A DNA stretch of 64,000 nucleotides from Bacteroidales bacterium (GTDB taxonomy: Bacteria; Bacteroidota; Bacteroidia; Bacteroidales; JAGONC01), in NCBI GenBank assembly GCA_023133655.1, contig JAGLWB010000041.1, positions 5,405-69,404 on the forward strand. The letters run 5' to 3'. A program made the position numbers and the translations under genes. The notes beneath the pieces are model-generated. The model had not been told where the DNA came from. It made no database searches and saw nothing but the letters and a program-made list of their open reading frames with translations. Numbering within the stretch: position 1 is the stretch's first letter; each line of letters begins with the position of its first letter. Shown here piece after piece: positions 37,414-47,359 of the stretch.

Positions 37414-37941
37414 TTATTTCCCTGTGTTATAACTATATCCTAATTCATCCAATACATCGTCACTTAAATCATATTTGGCATCTGAAAAAAGCATGGTTAG
37501 GCTTCCTGATTTATCAAAGATTACCGCATAATTACGTTGCACAGCCATTTCTTCGATGGCATTGTAAATCTTCTCCTGTATTGGTTTAATCAATTCCTGA
37601 CGTTTTTTGAATAATTCCCCGTCCTGGCCAAATATCTGTCGTTGTAATTCTTTCACCGCTTTCTCCTTTTTAATAATCTCATCTTCCTTTTTTTTCTTCA
37701 TATCTTCAGGTAACAAGACGGCTTCGGCCTGGTATGCTTTGTAAAGCTGATCAATTTCTGCATATTTTTCTTCAATTTCATGCTGCCATTGTTCGGCCAA
37801 GTCATCCAATAAAGCCTTGGCATCGTTATATTCAGGAATGTTCTCCAGGATATAATCAGTATCAACATAAGCAAATTTCTGAGCAGTGGCAAAAGCAAAA
37901 ACGCTAAAAATCATGACTGCTATTAAAACTAATTTTTTCAT
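37414..37941 (-). CDS. OmpH/Skp-family periplasmic chaperone
   Basis: Signal peptide, 175 aa. 'KFAYVDTDYIL' start typical of OmpH, then a helical charged body. Confidence 0.85.
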   Translation of the reverse strand: MKKLVLIAVMIFSVFAFATAQKFAYVDTDYILENIPEYNDAKALLDDLAEQWQHEIEEKYAEIDQLYKAYQAEAVLLPEDMKKKKEDEIIKKEKAVKELQRQIFGQDGELFKKRQELIKPIQEKIYNAIEEMAVQRNYAVIFDKSGSLTMLFSDAKYDLSDDVLDELGYSYNTGK

Positions 37942-38051
37942 ACGTCCTCCAAATAGTTTTTTAAATAAATTTTGATATTATTAGTAAAAATGCGAATAAT
38001 TCAGCCTAAAAAGAACATTAACATCATATAGAACTCAAAAACTATACCAAA

Positions 38052-40682
38052 TTAATCGATTGATGAATTAATGGAAAAGTGGAACTGGCCACCATTGGCA
38101 TTTGGCAGGCCGGGAACCGGATCGATGCCATACCCCCAGTCAAGACCAAGTAACCCGAACATTGGAAGGAACACCCTGACGCCAAAGCCGGCAGCTCTAT
38201 ACAGAGAAAACGGATTAAATGATTCAAAATCCGACCAGGAATTACCTGTTTCAAGGAAGGCCAAGGCATAGATGGTTGCACTGGGGTTCAATGAAACCGG
38301 ATACCTTAGCTCAAGTGTATTCCTGCTATATATAGTTGCTCCATGGTTATGGTCTTTATAATATTGTGGCGTTAACGATTCGTTAGCGTAGCCCCTGAAA
38401 CCAATGATCTCTCTTCCATCCATATTGTTGTAACCCGACAGCCCATCACCACCCAGGTAAAATCTTTCAAAAGGTGTAACTCCAATTATCTTATTATACG
38501 TTCCAAGGAATCCATACCTGAATTTGAGTGCAACTACCAGATTACCAGCTATTTTTTTATACAGATAAGCCTTAAAATACCATTTATGGTATTCAACCCA
38601 TTTGTACTTCTCAGTATCAGATAACAGTTCATAATTTGTATTATTAAACCAGGAATACGGAGGTGTTAACTCCATGGTGAGGGATATTTCTGAACCTGAA
38701 CGAGGAAAAATGGGGGCATCGATGGAATTTCTGGCAAGTGTAACTATATATGCAAAATTATTATAATTGCCTGTACCTGTCCCGAATGAAAAGACACTCG
38801 TATAATTATTAAGCTTATACCATTGTAAGCTTACGCTTTGGACGAGAGTAAAAAAATCATCCGGCCATGTCAGCCTTTTCCCCAACGAGAACACCAATCC
38901 ATCCAATAGAAATGACTGGCGTCCAATATCATCCTTTGGGAATCCATTTGAGTACAATGAATGAAAATACGAAACTGTAAAAGAGTTTGGTTTTTTGCCA
39001 CCCAGCCAAGGCTCGGTAAACGACATATTGTAACTTATATAACCTTTACCATATGATTGTAATCTAAGCGACAATTTCTGTCCATCGCCAGAAGGGACAG
39101 GGCGCCAGGCATGCTTTTTGAAAATATTATTAATAGAAAAATTATTAAATGAAACTCCAACTGTTCCAATAACCTTTCCATAACCCCATCCTCCTGATAA
39201 CTCAACCTGATCAGCGGATGTTTCCTCCACCTCATACTCAATGTCAACTGTACCATCTGCCGGGTTAGGCATTGGAACAGGATTGATGGCTTCGGGGTTA
39301 AAATATCGTAATTGAGCCAGTTCACGTGTTGTACGGATAATATCGGACCGGTTAAATAATTGACCTGGTTTGGTACGTAATTCTCTAATAATCACATGAT
39401 CATTGGTCCTGGTATTTCCTTTAATGGAAACCTTGCTAACGGTAGCCTGCTTGCCCTCATAAATACGCATTTCGATGTCAATCGAATCATTTTCAACTAA
39501 CACCTCCACCGGATCAACCTGGAAAAAAAGATATCCATCATCCAGGTACAATGAGCTAACATCAAGCTCATTGGGATTAAAAGACAAGTTCGTATTTAAG
39601 ATATCCAAATTGTACACGTCTCCTTTTTCAATCTTTAAAACTGAATTTAGTTGTCGGGAGGTGTACTTCGTATTTCCTATCCAGGTAATATTCCGGAAAA
39701 AATATTTACTACCTTCATTGATATACACATCAATTGAAATCGTATTATCAGGGTTTTTATAAACCGAGTCTTTAATGACCACAGCATCTCTAAAGCCCAG
39801 CTGATTATATTTCTTGATAAGATTAAGTTTATCCTCTTTAAAGTCCTCTTCAATATATTTTGACGATTTGAAGATCCTGAGTTTCATGTTATCGGAAAAA
39901 TACTGTCCGGTATTATTCACTACATCGATCATATCAAGTCCCATTGATGCTTCGAGAGTGGAAATGAATAGCGTATCAGTATGATCCATGGGTTGGACAA
40001 CACTTTTCTCTTTGGTTGACTTAAATGCCCTTTCAACCTGAGCCTCAGTCAGGTTATCAATCCCAAAGATATTAATCTGATATATTTTTACTTTATCCTT
40101 TTTTTCAATCTGAATATCAAGGATTACATGATTTACCTTTGAGGTGTCAGCAGTTTGGAGGATATTAACTTCCGTATCCAAAAATCCTTTATCGGTATAA
40201 TACTTTTTAATAAAATTGGTGGATCGGATGATCAAATTTTCTGTTACTACATCACCTGAGACCAGTTTAATATCGTCACGAATATTATCAGCATCGGATT
40301 TGTTTATTCCTGAAAATGAAAATTTTGAGAGGCGGGCTCGCTCCTTTAGGTTGATATCCAGGAAAATATAATCGTCCTGGATTTTTGTTGCCGTAATTCG
40401 TATATTCTCAAACAGACCCTGATCCCATAGTTTGTGAATGGCATCAGATATATTATCACCCGGTACCATGATCTCTCCTCCAACATACAATCCTGATAAC
40501 ATAATTAACACATTATTATCAAGGTATTGAACTCCAGAAATGGTTATGCCCCCAATTTCATATTCCCTGGGTTTTGAATAATCAACCTCAGAAAGATCAT
40601 CTCCAAGAGAAACCTGACCTTGGGCAGTAGTAACAGTAGCTACTACCAAAAAAAACCATATGATGAAATTTTTTATTTTCAT
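38052..40682 (-). CDS. bamA: Outer membrane protein assembly factor BamA
   Basis: 876 aa. Signal peptide, five POTRA-like repeats, C-terminal 16-strand-type barrel ending in an aromatic-rich segment. uppS-bamA-skp synteny. Confidence 0.95.
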   Translation of the reverse strand: MKIKNFIIWFFLVVATVTTAQGQVSLGDDLSEVDYSKPREYEIGGITISGVQYLDNNVLIMLSGLYVGGEIMVPGDNISDAIHKLWDQGLFENIRITATKIQDDYIFLDINLKERARLSKFSFSGINKSDADNIRDDIKLVSGDVVTENLIIRSTNFIKKYYTDKGFLDTEVNILQTADTSKVNHVILDIQIEKKDKVKIYQINIFGIDNLTEAQVERAFKSTKEKSVVQPMDHTDTLFISTLEASMGLDMIDVVNNTGQYFSDNMKLRIFKSSKYIEEDFKEDKLNLIKKYNQLGFRDAVVIKDSVYKNPDNTISIDVYINEGSKYFFRNITWIGNTKYTSRQLNSVLKIEKGDVYNLDILNTNLSFNPNELDVSSLYLDDGYLFFQVDPVEVLVENDSIDIEMRIYEGKQATVSKVSIKGNTRTNDHVIIRELRTKPGQLFNRSDIIRTTRELAQLRYFNPEAINPVPMPNPADGTVDIEYEVEETSADQVELSGGWGYGKVIGTVGVSFNNFSINNIFKKHAWRPVPSGDGQKLSLRLQSYGKGYISYNMSFTEPWLGGKKPNSFTVSYFHSLYSNGFPKDDIGRQSFLLDGLVFSLGKRLTWPDDFFTLVQSVSLQWYKLNNYTSVFSFGTGTGNYNNFAYIVTLARNSIDAPIFPRSGSEISLTMELTPPYSWFNNTNYELLSDTEKYKWVEYHKWYFKAYLYKKIAGNLVVALKFRYGFLGTYNKIIGVTPFERFYLGGDGLSGYNNMDGREIIGFRGYANESLTPQYYKDHNHGATIYSRNTLELRYPVSLNPSATIYALAFLETGNSWSDFESFNPFSLYRAAGFGVRVFLPMFGLLGLDWGYGIDPVPGLPNANGGQFHFSINSSID

Positions 40683-40687
40683 TTTAT

Positions 40688-41437
40688 TTACACAACCTTA
40701 TCGTGAGTCATGCCAAACCTTCTTTCTCTGTTTTGATAATTTATGATAGCTTCATACAGGTCTTCTTTTCTAAAATCGGGCCATAACCTGGGTGTAAAAT
40801 ACAATTCAGTATAAGCTATTTGCCATAATAAAAAATTACTGATCCTGGATTCGCCACTGGTACGAATGAGTAACTCGGGATCAGGAAAAGAGGCTGTTGT
40901 AAGGTGTGCAGAAAAAAGCTCTTTATTGATTTCAGCAACAGCCAATTTATTATTTTTCACTTTTTCTGCAATTGATTTAACAGCCTGAACTATTTCCCAT
41001 TGCGCGCTGTAACTCAGCGCCAGTATAAGCGTCATTCGTGTATTATGAGCTGTTTTATTAATAGCAGTTAACAATTCATTATAACCTGTTCTGCCAAGGC
41101 TATGAAGGTCGCCAATCGCCTGCAGGCGAATATTATTTTTTTGTAACGTTTTCGTTTCTGAGCGAATAGATTTAACGAGTAACTTCATTAAAGCATTTAC
41201 TTCAATCCGTGGGCGGTTCCAGTTCTCAGTAGAAAAAGCGTACAGGGTTAAATATTTCACTCCAAGTTCAGCTGCCGCTTCCACTGTTTCACGCACAGCT
41301 TGTACACCGTTTTCATGGCCAAATATCCGTGGTCTCCCCCTCAATTTTGCCCACCTGCCATTACCATCCATTATAATTGCAATATGATCCGGCAAAGTTT
41401 CCCTGTTTATTTTTTCTTTACTACTCATCTTTACCAA
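40688..41437 (-). CDS. uppS: Isoprenyl transferase (undecaprenyl-diphosphate synthase)
   Basis: 'HIAIIMDGNGRWA' and 'LLIRTSGESRISNFLLWQIAYTELYF' motifs. An alternative ATG at 41428 is possible. Confidence 0.95.
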   Translation of the reverse strand: MVKMSSKEKINRETLPDHIAIIMDGNGRWAKLRGRPRIFGHENGVQAVRETVEAAAELGVKYLTLYAFSTENWNRPRIEVNALMKLLVKSIRSETKTLQKNNIRLQAIGDLHSLGRTGYNELLTAINKTAHNTRMTLILALSYSAQWEIVQAVKSIAEKVKNNKLAVAEINKELFSAHLTTASFPDPELLIRTSGESRISNFLLWQIAYTELYFTPRLWPDFRKEDLYEAIINYQNRERRFGMTHDKVV

Positions 41438-41458
41438 TACCTGTTAGGTTGTTTTCAT

Positions 41459-42295
41459 CTAATCAATTACGTTATAATAGTGAGGTTTAAAATCCTGATC
41501 TCTGCACTTTTTCTGATTATAGAAACTAATTTTATAGGTAACGATCACGCCAAGAAAAGCATACCAGTCATTGCTTTGTGAATCACCACGTTGCACTTGT
41601 GTGTCAACATCTACTCTTTCAGGAAACAGGACCCTACCTGTTGGATCGGCGTAATAATTCTGTGTGGTATTATCTCCTTCAAAAAAATAAGTTGTACTTA
41701 TATCATCTAAATAATCAGTTATTGTTTTCCTCATACCCCATTCCAGAGATAATCCTAATTTATCATTCACGCTATACTTAAACCCAATACCGAAAGGTAA
41801 AGCAGCCGAAAACATACCATAAGGACTCCTGCCACTAATTTCCGGTTTATTTTGCCCTTCAGTTCCGACATTTCTCAACGCAGTGCCATCTTCAGCCTTG
41901 GGGTTAAAATAAAACCCTGAGATTCCACTAAAAATATACGTTGAATAATAATTTCTTTTACTTCCGATAAAATAATCTAAAAAATTAAATTCAATCAGTA
42001 AAGACCCGTCAATAATAGTTGACTTAAAATAAAGGCCTCTTTCTGTAATAAACTGTGCTTTTGAATCATCGCCAATAAGAGTACCATAATATCCACCAGC
42101 TCTAATAGCAATTCTGGTTGTAAAATTATGCCGGTAAACAACACCAAAAGAGGGCCTCGTCATTAACAATGGTTTATTGGGATTGAGGTCGCCGGCATAA
42201 TACCCCCCCCCAAGCCAAACCCCTATCTCACCACGCTGGGCAAATGAAAGTGTTGCTGCATATATAATGACCAGTATAATGAAAAACTTCTTCAT
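41459..42295 (-). CDS. Outer-membrane beta-barrel protein (resembles the DUF6089 family that precedes uppS in Bacteroidota; family name recalled, not verified)
   Basis: Signal peptide, Gly/Tyr-rich alternating strands. Conserved position between nadK and uppS. Confidence 0.55.
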   Translation of the reverse strand: MKKFFIILVIIYAATLSFAQRGEIGVWLGGGYYAGDLNPNKPLLMTRPSFGVVYRHNFTTRIAIRAGGYYGTLIGDDSKAQFITERGLYFKSTIIDGSLLIEFNFLDYFIGSKRNYYSTYIFSGISGFYFNPKAEDGTALRNVGTEGQNKPEISGRSPYGMFSAALPFGIGFKYSVNDKLGLSLEWGMRKTITDYLDDISTTYFFEGDNTTQNYYADPTGRVLFPERVDVDTQVQRGDSQSNDWYAFLGVIVTYKISFYNQKKCRDQDFKPHYYNVID

Positions 42296-42365
42296 CGATT
42301 ATTACTAGCGGGCAAAAGTATCAATTTTTTTAAGCTTTTTTAAATGAATTGACGATAAATCATGC

Positions 42366-43244
42366 TTAGTTACGAATATCTCTTCCCCAATTAAGTTTTT
42401 CCCTAATTGTTTTATAAAAATTCTTTGACTCTAATTGTATCATATTGATGCAGAAAGTTTCTTTTAGGACTTTTAGTTCAATCGATGAATCAATCAGTTC
42501 AAAGCGCGAATCAAGGCTTACAAATATCTTTTTCTCTCTTCCCTCAACTTTAATCTTAATAACACATTTGTCTGGTATAACGATAGGTCGCACGGTTAAA
42601 TTGTGTGTTGCAATAGGGGTAATCGTAAAATTCTTAGAACCGGGAACAACAATAGGCCCACCACAGCTTAATGAGTAAGCCGTAGAGCCGGTAGGAGTAG
42701 CAATTATCAAGCCATCGGCCCAATATGAATTCAGAAATAAATCATCTACAAAAACCCTGATGGTAAGCATCGAATGAGGGTCTTTCTTATATACACTCAA
42801 TTCGTTCAAAGCATAATTCATCTTCCCAAAAATCCCTGCTTCCGTTTCCAGGCGGATCAGGCTCCGCTGCTCAATCTTAAATCGGTTACTTATTAAAGCA
42901 TCAATAGCTGCAACACCATCATCTTTAGAAACACTTGAAAGGAACCCCATGCGCCCCATATTAACACCAAGCACCGGTATTCCAGAATCTTGAACAAGTG
43001 AAATGGTATCAAGTAACGTACCATCCCCTCCTACTGAGATCAAGAATTGAATATTATCGGCAATATCCCGGTGATCATGAAACAAATTAACTTGATTCTC
43101 AAAACGAAGATGCTTTTGAATGAGGTTATAATAGGATTCATACACCATGAGCTCAACGCCTGATTTTTCAACCTGATCAATCATTTGCTGCAAATAGCTC
43201 TTTTGGTCTATTGAAAAAGTTTTCCCAAATAATCCGATTTTCAT
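42366..43244 (-). CDS. nadK: NAD kinase
   Basis: 'GGDGT' motif ('ISVGGDGTLLD') and 'TGSTAYSLSCGGPIV'. 292 aa. Confidence 0.95.
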   Translation of the reverse strand: MKIGLFGKTFSIDQKSYLQQMIDQVEKSGVELMVYESYYNLIQKHLRFENQVNLFHDHRDIADNIQFLISVGGDGTLLDTISLVQDSGIPVLGVNMGRMGFLSSVSKDDGVAAIDALISNRFKIEQRSLIRLETEAGIFGKMNYALNELSVYKKDPHSMLTIRVFVDDLFLNSYWADGLIIATPTGSTAYSLSCGGPIVVPGSKNFTITPIATHNLTVRPIVIPDKCVIKIKVEGREKKIFVSLDSRFELIDSSIELKVLKETFCINMIQLESKNFYKTIREKLNWGRDIRN

Positions 43245-43272
43245 TTGGATCAGAATTTATATTAATAAAAAA

Positions 43273-43280
43273 CAAAGATA
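43273..43280 (-). promoter_or_regulatory. Putative -7 box (TATCTTTG on minus strand) for nadK
   Basis: CAAAGATA on the plus strand, 29 nt upstream of the ATG. Confidence 0.35.
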
Positions 43281-43320
43281 TAAAAAGTTAGACGGTTAAC
43301 ACGCTCTCTGTCAATGGAGA

Positions 43321-43983
43321 TTACACATCAAGATATCTAAGCAAAGAGTCATAACGATCCTGAAGGTCATCAAACAAATCCTCTTCCGAAAAAGAGGCTT
43401 TTACAACATAATTGTACCGGTTGAAGGTTTGAAGAATAGGGGTGATATCTCTTTTATTAATTTTCAGGGTTACTTCCATTTTAGTAGAATCAACATGAGG
43501 TGTTAAATACAAACTGAGGATTTTGGCATCATTCGATTCAACAATCTGCGCAATTTGAGTGAGAATATAATCATTAACATTAATTTCAAGAATAATAATC
43601 CCTCCCGGATTAAAGATAGCAGTAAGTTTTGAGAATTTATAAACCAATTGATCCAATGTGATCACCCCAATATAGTGGTTTTTATCATCAACTACAGGGA
43701 GCAGCGTTAATTTCATGGAATCAAAAAGTTTGATTACTTCATAAACATGTTGAAATTGGTTAACAGCAGCACGAATAAAAGCTGACGACAGGCTCCCAAC
43801 AGGCTCATCCGGATCAGATAAGTTATAAATTTCCGTTTCAGTAATTAATCCTAACAAAGCTCTATCATCAACTACCGGCAAATGAGATACTTTGTATTCA
43901 TCCATCCAAAGCAAAGCTGTTGTCCCTGAATCAGACATCTGGAGAGGATGAAAAGTTTCGGTAATCAATTCTTTTGCAATCAT
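43321..43983 (-). CDS. CBS-pair domain protein with C-terminal ACT-like region
   Basis: Two CBS repeats ('HLPVVDDRALLGLITE', 'LLPVVDDKNHYIGVITL'). Conserved neighbour of nadK/pdxJ. Confidence 0.8.
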   Translation of the reverse strand: MIAKELITETFHPLQMSDSGTTALLWMDEYKVSHLPVVDDRALLGLITETEIYNLSDPDEPVGSLSSAFIRAAVNQFQHVYEVIKLFDSMKLTLLPVVDDKNHYIGVITLDQLVYKFSKLTAIFNPGGIIILEINVNDYILTQIAQIVESNDAKILSLYLTPHVDSTKMEVTLKINKRDITPILQTFNRYNYVVKASFSEEDLFDDLQDRYDSLLRYLDV

Positions 43984-44043
43984 CGAAGCAGCCTAATAAT
44001 TAAATAAAAATTAATAATAGTCATATCAATGAATGCAAAGATG

Positions 44044-44051
44044 CAAAAATA
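44044..44051 (-). promoter_or_regulatory. Putative -7 box (TATTTTTG on minus strand) for the CBS-domain gene
   Basis: CAAAAATA on the plus strand, 61 nt upstream of the ATG at 43983. Confidence 0.3.
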
Positions 44052-44116
44052 TTTAGTAATTAATGAGATTATTGATCTTTATAGCTAATGAATGATACTC
44101 TTTTTTTTTTATTTTA

Positions 44117-44186
44117 CCTCACCCCAACCCTCTCCGCCAGCTGGCGGAGAGGGAGAAATTGGAACCCCCGAGGCAAAGCCTCGAGG
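44117..44186. repeat. GC-rich double-palindrome island (REP/MITE-like) in an AT-rich divergent spacer
   Basis: CCTCACCCCAA, then a 26-nt perfect palindrome CCCTCTCCGCCAG|CTGGCGGAGAGGG (44128-44153). A second hairpin follows, CGAGGC-aaa-GCCTCG (44069 offset corrected: 44169-44183). Preceded by T10 (44101-44110). Confidence 0.8.
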
Positions 44187-44216
44187 AATTATTTGATTAA
44201 AAAGCAAAACTAAAAG

Positions 44217-44224
44217 TATATTTG
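44217..44224 (+). promoter_or_regulatory. Putative -7 box (TATATTTG) for pdxJ
   Basis: TAnnTTTG match 41 nt upstream of the ATG at 44265. Confidence 0.4.
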
Positions 44225-44264
44225 CATAAGAAATTTTATGTTGGATTGAATTTATGGAGGGTTT

Positions 44265-44978
44265 ATGACTAGATTAAGTGTAAACATTAACAAAATTGCC
44301 ACCTTGCGAAACGCCAGGGGTGGCAATGTACCAGATGTTTTAAAGGCAGCCGTAGACTGTCAGCGATTTGGTGTCCAGGGAATAACCGTTCACCCACGTC
44401 CCGATGAAAGGCACATCAGGTATCAGGATGTGAGGGATTTGCGTCCATTGGTTAAAACTGAGTTCAATATCGAAGGGTATCCTTCGGAAGCTTTCATGGA
44501 TCTTGTACTGAATGTAGGGCCAGAACAAGTAACATTGGTTCCAGACCCACCAGGTGTTTTAACATCTAACGCAGGTTGGAATACCATTGAAAATGCATCC
44601 TTTTTGAAAGGTATTATCCAAACATTTAAAAATGCCGGGATCAGGACATCTATCTTCATCGACCCTGATCCGCTAATGATCGGGCATGCCATGGATTGTG
44701 GCACTGACCGTGTTGAACTATATACGGAATCCTATGCTAAACAATATCACAAAAACAGTGAGCAGGCTATCAGTCCTTTTATTTTAGCTGCCAATACAGC
44801 CAGGGAGGCCGGACTTGGAGTGAATGCAGGGCATGACCTTGATCTGAATAACCTGAACTACTTTGCTACTCATATACCTGGTTTGCTTGAAGTTTCTATT
44901 GGGCATGCACTCATTGCTGACGCCCTTTACCTGGGTCTGGAAAACAGCATACAAATGTACCTCAGGGAACTAGCCTGA
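44265..44978 (+). CDS. pdxJ: Pyridoxine 5'-phosphate synthase
   Basis: '[17 protein letters not shown]', 'HPRPDERHI' and 'NAGHDL' motifs. 237 aa. Confidence 0.95.
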   Translation: MTRLSVNINKIATLRNARGGNVPDVLKAAVDCQRFGVQGITVHPRPDERHIRYQDVRDLRPLVKTEFNIEGYPSEAFMDLVLNVGPEQVTLVPDPPGVLTSNAGWNTIENASFLKGIIQTFKNAGIRTSIFIDPDPLMIGHAMDCGTDRVELYTESYAKQYHKNSEQAISPFILAANTAREAGLGVNAGHDLDLNNLNYFATHIPGLLEVSIGHALIADALYLGLENSIQMYLRELA

Positions 44979-45062
44979 ATATTTTCTTTTAATTATTCAG
45001 GATTTAAGATTAACAATAATACATTGAAGATTTACAAAGTTTTATGATTTTTCCCTTTTCTT

Positions 45063-45845
45063 ATGAAATTATTTTACAGGAGGTTTGGATCAGGTGATCC
45101 GGTAATTATTTTGCATGGTGTTTTGGGCATATCCGATAACTGGGTAACAATCGGAAAACGGCTGGCTGAAAAATTTGAGGTATTCATCCCTGATCAACGA
45201 AATCATGGACGGTCACCACACAGTCCAACATTTAATTATTTTGCACTTAATGACGACCTGTTGGAATTTATTGAAGACCATGAACTTAGCAACCCTATCC
45301 TGATAGGTCATTCCATGGGAGGGAAAGTTGCAATGAATTTTGTTTTGGATGTAGCACTTCCGGTAAAAAAACTTGTGGTTATTGATATCTCCACCAGAGG
45401 ATACCTATCAAGACAAACGCATATTGAGATTATTCACGCTATGCAATCCGTTGATTTTGATAAGATAACAAAGCGTTCGGAGGTTGAAACCGAATTAGCA
45501 CCGATCAAAAGCAGCCGGTTACGTCAATTTATTCTAAAAAACCTATACCGCGTTAACGATCGTCGGTTCGGGTGGCGCATTAACCTGGAAGCAATTTTTG
45601 AAAACCTCGATCTTATTTCAGAGGGCATTGAAACCGACAAAACATACGACTATCCTACGTTGTTTATCAAAGGTGAGGCATCGGATTATATTCAAGAGGA
45701 TGATTCGGATCTTATTCTCAACATCTTTCCACAGGCAGTTGTTAAAACTATTGATGGAGCAACACATTGGCTTCACGCCGATAAGCCAGATGACTTATGC
45801 CTTCTTCTCAGTGATTTCCTGCAAAAGGATTGCGCGTATAAATAA
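45063..45845 (+). CDS. Alpha/beta-fold hydrolase (YbfF-like esterase)
   Basis: 'ILHGVLG' oxyanion region, nucleophile elbow 'GHSMGG', C-terminal 'GATHWLHADKP'. 260 aa. Confidence 0.8.
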   Translation: MKLFYRRFGSGDPVIILHGVLGISDNWVTIGKRLAEKFEVFIPDQRNHGRSPHSPTFNYFALNDDLLEFIEDHELSNPILIGHSMGGKVAMNFVLDVALPVKKLVVIDISTRGYLSRQTHIEIIHAMQSVDFDKITKRSEVETELAPIKSSRLRQFILKNLYRVNDRRFGWRINLEAIFENLDLISEGIETDKTYDYPTLFIKGEASDYIQEDDSDLILNIFPQAVVKTIDGATHWLHADKPDDLCLLLSDFLQKDCAYK

Positions 45846-45860
45846 AAGAAGCCTCAATGA

Positions 45861-46838
45861 TTAATAACGACGAACATTCAAGCTAGAAACCGCAGCGTCG
45901 ATCGAAATATATATTTTATTTTCACTCACTTCAAAATTTTCGGTACGGTATACTTGTTTATTCTTCTTTTCAAATCCATTAAGGGTTTTTGACGAAAGAA
46001 CCGTGCTTGTTTTCACTTCACAACCTGACTTTTCAGGTATTTTGATTGTAATTGAGGATGCACCTGTATCAATATCAACATTTGTTTCATAGTGCCTGTC
46101 GCCAAGTTTCAAAGTTATAGCTGCTGCCCCCCCATCAATAATGATATCATGGATTTTAAATTCGCTCAGGTCAAGATCAAATTTAGCAGCGCCAATATCC
46201 AAATCTAAATCCCAAACAGGCATTCTGTTTAATTTAATATCAACGTTATCGCCTCTATTTTTAAATCGCACATTCGATTTCCGAAGATTAAGATGAATAA
46301 TCCTTTTATCATCTATGTCTTTTGAAGTCATACTATAACGACCCAGGCTGCCTGTTTTTTCAAATTCAATCAATTCATTTGTCCATTCAGCCAATTTAAA
46401 ATCGCCAGCCACAGCATCAAGATGTAATTCTGCCTCCTTGATATTAGATTCAAACGGTTCACTAAAGGTTTGGCTTACATCCTTATCATATTTATAATCA
46501 ATGTCATCGTCAAAGTCGTAATTACGGCTGTCATCCTTCTCAGCATCATCGTCCCAATAATAATGATGGAAAAAGGGAGGACTAAATGATCTCAGGCCTA
46601 AATACCGATGATCCATCTGCGCTAAAATTAACACCCCGACCGCAATGGTTGCTAACGCACAGAGGAGCTTAACAGAACTTTTTACCGGAATTAGTGAAAT
46701 GCCCCACAAAACAAGTAACAAAGGCCATAACCTAAAAACAGCAAACCATTGGAAGTAAATCACCCCGAAATTCTTCAGGATAAAAAGCGTTCCTAAAAAA
46801 ATCAGGATAACGCCCCAAAATATTTTTCTGTAATTCAT
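45861..46838 (-). CDS. LiaF-like membrane protein with C-terminal 'toast-rack' (DUF2154-type) beta domain
   Basis: Three N-terminal TM helices ('FWGVILIFLGTLFILKNF...'). Acidic linker. Repetitive beta segments ('DLDLDIGAAKFDLDL...IIIDGGAAAITLKL...VDIDTGASSITIKIP'). Confidence 0.6.
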   Translation of the reverse strand: MNYRKIFWGVILIFLGTLFILKNFGVIYFQWFAVFRLWPLLLVLWGISLIPVKSSVKLLCALATIAVGVLILAQMDHRYLGLRSFSPPFFHHYYWDDDAEKDDSRNYDFDDDIDYKYDKDVSQTFSEPFESNIKEAELHLDAVAGDFKLAEWTNELIEFEKTGSLGRYSMTSKDIDDKRIIHLNLRKSNVRFKNRGDNVDIKLNRMPVWDLDLDIGAAKFDLDLSEFKIHDIIIDGGAAAITLKLGDRHYETNVDIDTGASSITIKIPEKSGCEVKTSTVLSSKTLNGFEKKNKQVYRTENFEVSENKIYISIDAAVSSLNVRRY

Positions 46839-46842
46839 TTTA

Positions 46843-47292
46843 TTACTTTTTAGGATTACTAAATGAATTCTTTAAAATTAATATACCGGCAACAATCAGA
46901 ATGATTGGCCAAAGGTCGCCAAAATCAAGTCGGGGGAAAAACTTTTCGATCAGAAATAAAACTCCGAGGGTGATTAAGATGATCCCTCCGATAAGGCTGC
47001 CTTTCCCATAATCTTTAGAATGATCTTTTTTTTCACCTGCTGATGACTGATTTTCAACTTTGAATTTTTCTTGTTCCATTTTTTTATATGTATTAAATGA
47101 ATGATCAGGTTTTTCAGGGATAAATATCCAAAGAAGTATGTATACAATTAATCCACTGCCTCCAACAAAAGCCATAACAACAAAAATAATCCGAATGATA
47201 AGCGGGTCAACATTCAGGTATTCCCCAAAGCCTCCGGCAACACCGCCAATAATCCTGTTGGTGAAGCTTCTATATAACCGGGATTCCTCCAT
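46843..47292 (-). CDS. PspC-domain membrane protein
   Basis: 'RLYRSFTNRIIGGVAGGFGEYLNVDPLIIRIIFVVMAF' is the PspC domain consensus. Additional C-terminal TM pair. Confidence 0.85.
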   Translation of the reverse strand: MEESRLYRSFTNRIIGGVAGGFGEYLNVDPLIIRIIFVVMAFVGGSGLIVYILLWIFIPEKPDHSFNTYKKMEQEKFKVENQSSAGEKKDHSKDYGKGSLIGGIILITLGVLFLIEKFFPRLDFGDLWPIILIVAGILILKNSFSNPKK

Positions 47293-47359
47293 ATGTAATT
47301 TTCTTATTTGACGTAAATATACATAAAAAAGTTACAGAACAAGTCTTTGATGAACAATA

